DNA from: Octopus sinensis
Lineage: Eukaryota
Assembly: GCF_006345805.1 (NCBI RefSeq)
Contig: NW_021827932.1
Coordinates: 1-9,460, forward strand
Direction of reading: 5' to 3'
Length of the DNA: 9,460 nucleotides
The number at the start of each line of letters is the position of its first letter. Position 1 is the stretch's first letter. Shown here piece after piece: positions 7,189 through 9,460 of the stretch. Position numbers and translations under genes: made by a program. The notes beneath the pieces are model-generated. The model saw only the letters and a list, made by a program, of their open reading frames with translations, searched no databases and was not told where the DNA came from.

Positions 7189-7652
7189 TATAGGACCGTC
7201 AGATAATTCGTTCATATATTTTTTTCCTAATTTTCATTAATAGTTTTAACGAATCAGTCACTAAATTTGTTTCTTCATTGCTTACGATATCTTGCAGACG
7301 TTCCATTTGCTTGTCAATGCTTTGACGGTAGAAATCACCAGGTCTTGGTTCGAAGAGTTCATCAAACCCTGTTTATAGCGCTACGTCGTTGCTGAAAGAA
7401 ACGTCTCGCAGACGAAAAAGATAACAATCTAAATTCAGGAGAATACGGTGGTCCAACAGAGATTCCCAAACAAGTTTTCGAATAGCATTTTTGGTTAAAT
7501 AGGCTGCGTGGAGGCGAACGATGTTGTGTTGAAGAGGATAACATTCTGGTATCTTATTCAAATTCCAAAAGCGATAAACAGAAGTTGTAGAAGCATAGAG
7601 CTTAAACACACACACACACACACACTCTCTCTCACACACACACACACACACA

Positions 7653-7704
<52 letters not shown>

Positions 7705-7793
7705 CAAACAAAAAACACTAGGATAAAAATATTCTCCGCGTTAATTGAAATAACATTGGAAAGAAACGAAGCAATTTATCTGGCAACCCCAAA
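7189..7793 (-). mobile_element. Internally deleted mariner element with both degenerate TIRs
   Basis: Minus strand ~7560-7263 gives LQHNIVRLHAAYLTKNAIRKLVWE / GPPYSPEF / DCYLFR..SFSNDVAL*TGFDELFEPRPGDFYRQSIDKQMERLQDIVSNE, the mariner C-terminal catalytic region. Ends 7189-7217 and 7764-7793 are imperfect inverted repeats (about 20/30 by eye, exact core CAGATAA/TTATCTG). Confidence 0.85.
7606..7701. repeat. (CA)n microsatellite inside the mariner remnant
   Basis: Directly visible, with short (CT)n interruption. Confidence 0.97.
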
Positions 7794-8250
7794 GAATGCT
7801 TGTTGTGTAATTTTACTTTGTCTGCACGTATTACATCTATCTATAGCAATTCATTCAGATTTATTGTTCTTTGGTGATTGTTTTGTGCCAGTTTTTACCA
7901 ATATATTTGCTTTTGTTTGCATGTAGCAGGATTCATTGATACCAATCTATTTCTTTTTAACCATGACAAACTTAATATAGTTTCCTTTAAAGGTCAGTGT
8001 AAAGAGACCTTGTATGATTTCACTCTGTATTCCACTATACTGTCCCAATATTGTACTTACATGAACAAAATCATATATTTCTCTCATAAAACCGTTTTAA
8101 AACATCTTTCAATAATTGCATTATGAGACACTCTAAAATCGATTTTTTTTTCCAGAAAATGTCCTCATAATGTAGGAGAGCGTCATATGCGGAAGCGCAA
8201 CATATGCACCGATAAGACCAGACTATGTTTTGATAGATAGATATATTTGC

Positions 8251-8437
<187 letters not shown>

Positions 8438-8441
8438 AATA

Positions 8442-8555
8442 CGAGGGGATGCTGGAAAGTTCTTGGCTTTGAGTAGAAGAAAATATAGAAGGATCAGTTA
8501 ATCATAACTTTATTGAACATATTCTCCTCTCAGATTCAAACATTTATTGCAGCGG
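8442..8555 (-). mobile_element. 3' terminal fragment of a second mariner family
   Basis: TA|CGAGGGGATGCTGGAAAGT TIR-type start at 8440-8460. Minus strand 8554-8510 gives RCNKCLNLRGEYVQ*, the typical mariner transposase C-terminus (RWxKCxxxxGxYxE). Confidence 0.85.
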
Positions 8556-9012
8556 ATAGTTGGACCCCTAACAGACGTTTCGGAAGCAGTATCCAACACG
8601 AGTCCCCACCAAAGTAAATAACACAACGTTCTATGTCCTAACATGACCTCCGCGCTAACTTGGAGATCAAGGTTATTATTTGGCATTAATACTGCATCAG
8701 TCGCTATTTAGTTTTTGATGAGCCCACTAGTAATTTACGACACCACTGCTTGAAGAGTCTCTGAGATTCTATATATCGTTAACGGGAGATTCGACTTTCA
8801 TCGTGCTGCTAGACATCTGTCACTGAGGAATTCATAGCAGGTTGAAATCATGTGATCTGGCTGTTCCGCCGTCGGTAGCAAACAATTATCGTCTGTCAAA
8901 GATATAATTACGTGTACTTTTTGCACTACAAATCCTTACGAAAGATCCTACGTAGGTAAGTAATGCAGTATTCTGTGTTATACACCCACACCCACACAAC
9001 CACACACACAGA

Positions 9013-9460
9013 CACTTTACTAATAATGACAAGTTCTGATTTAGCTGGGTTAATAAGCCTACATTTAGGATTGGATAGGAAGTTCTTTGTATGGTCTTTG
9101 ATAGTAATAACGGCCTCTTTCTTGGGGAGGACCTCTATTTTTTAAAATCTAATTTAAGTCTAGCGGCGATAACGCTAGCTTCTTTATTAATTTCATTATA
9201 GGTCTGTGGTCTAGCATTGATGATGCTGTTGTGTAGGAGTTGTGAATATTTTCTGTTTTCTACTAGGTACAAGTTCTTGGTTTTATCGGAAAAAAGTGCC
9301 TTTTTTGGAGCTTTTTATGTAATTTATATCTTTTTTCAGTTTCTGTTGGAAAGTGCTAAAGGACTTACGAAATATTATTTGTTCATTAGCTTCAGTAGGT
9401 TTGCTTCGAAGTTTTCGAAGCCTTTGATCTTTGGAGGGAATTTCGTAAATTTTATACCAT
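9013..9460 (-). mobile_element. Decayed Penelope-like retroelement, N-terminal/RT-proximal ORF fragment (Naiad-like)
   Basis: Across about 3 frameshifts on the minus strand: FENFEANLLKLMNK / IIFRKSFSTFQQKLKKDINYIKSSKK / SDKTKNLYLVENRKYSQLLHNSI..EINKEASVIAARLKLD / KIEVLPKKEAVITIKDHTKNFLSNPKCRLINPAKSELVIISK. The DK..NLY and IT.KDH..NF...PKCRLINPAKSE motifs are typical of PLE RT N-terminal regions. It continues beyond the window. Confidence 0.85.

Noticed and set aside
8568-8602. Second hammerhead on the minus strand (GGA/TCC helix, GAAACGTC)
   Set aside because: The 3' half fits, but the core reads CTCGTGT instead of CTGAnGA and helix I does not pair; at best a dead relic.

Overview
Eukaryotic, AT-rich, repeat-saturated non-genic or intronic DNA with no recognisable host protein-coding gene. 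The SINE heads and microsatellite load resemble Octopus/cephalopod genomes (inference from memory of these families, not a search). From 5' to 3' it holds: a local triplication/palindrome; a degenerate ~27-bp minisatellite; a truncated tRNA-SINE head fused to two head-to-tail 5'-truncated L1/Tx1-type LINE copies (zf-RVT ORF2 C-terminus) ending in (TATC)23; large compound microsatellites; a second ~27-bp minisatellite; a Penelope-like 3' end with a GIY-YIG tail and a minimal hammerhead ribozyme; two tRNA-derived CORE-like SINEs; an internally deleted pogo transposase; an internally deleted mariner with both TIRs; a second mariner end; and a decayed Penelope-like RT fragment running off the right edge. 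Most ORFs in the supplied track are microsatellite artefacts. The most interesting items are the SINE/LINE/LINE-(TATC)n composite (520-1873) and the hammerhead ribozyme (4633-4678).
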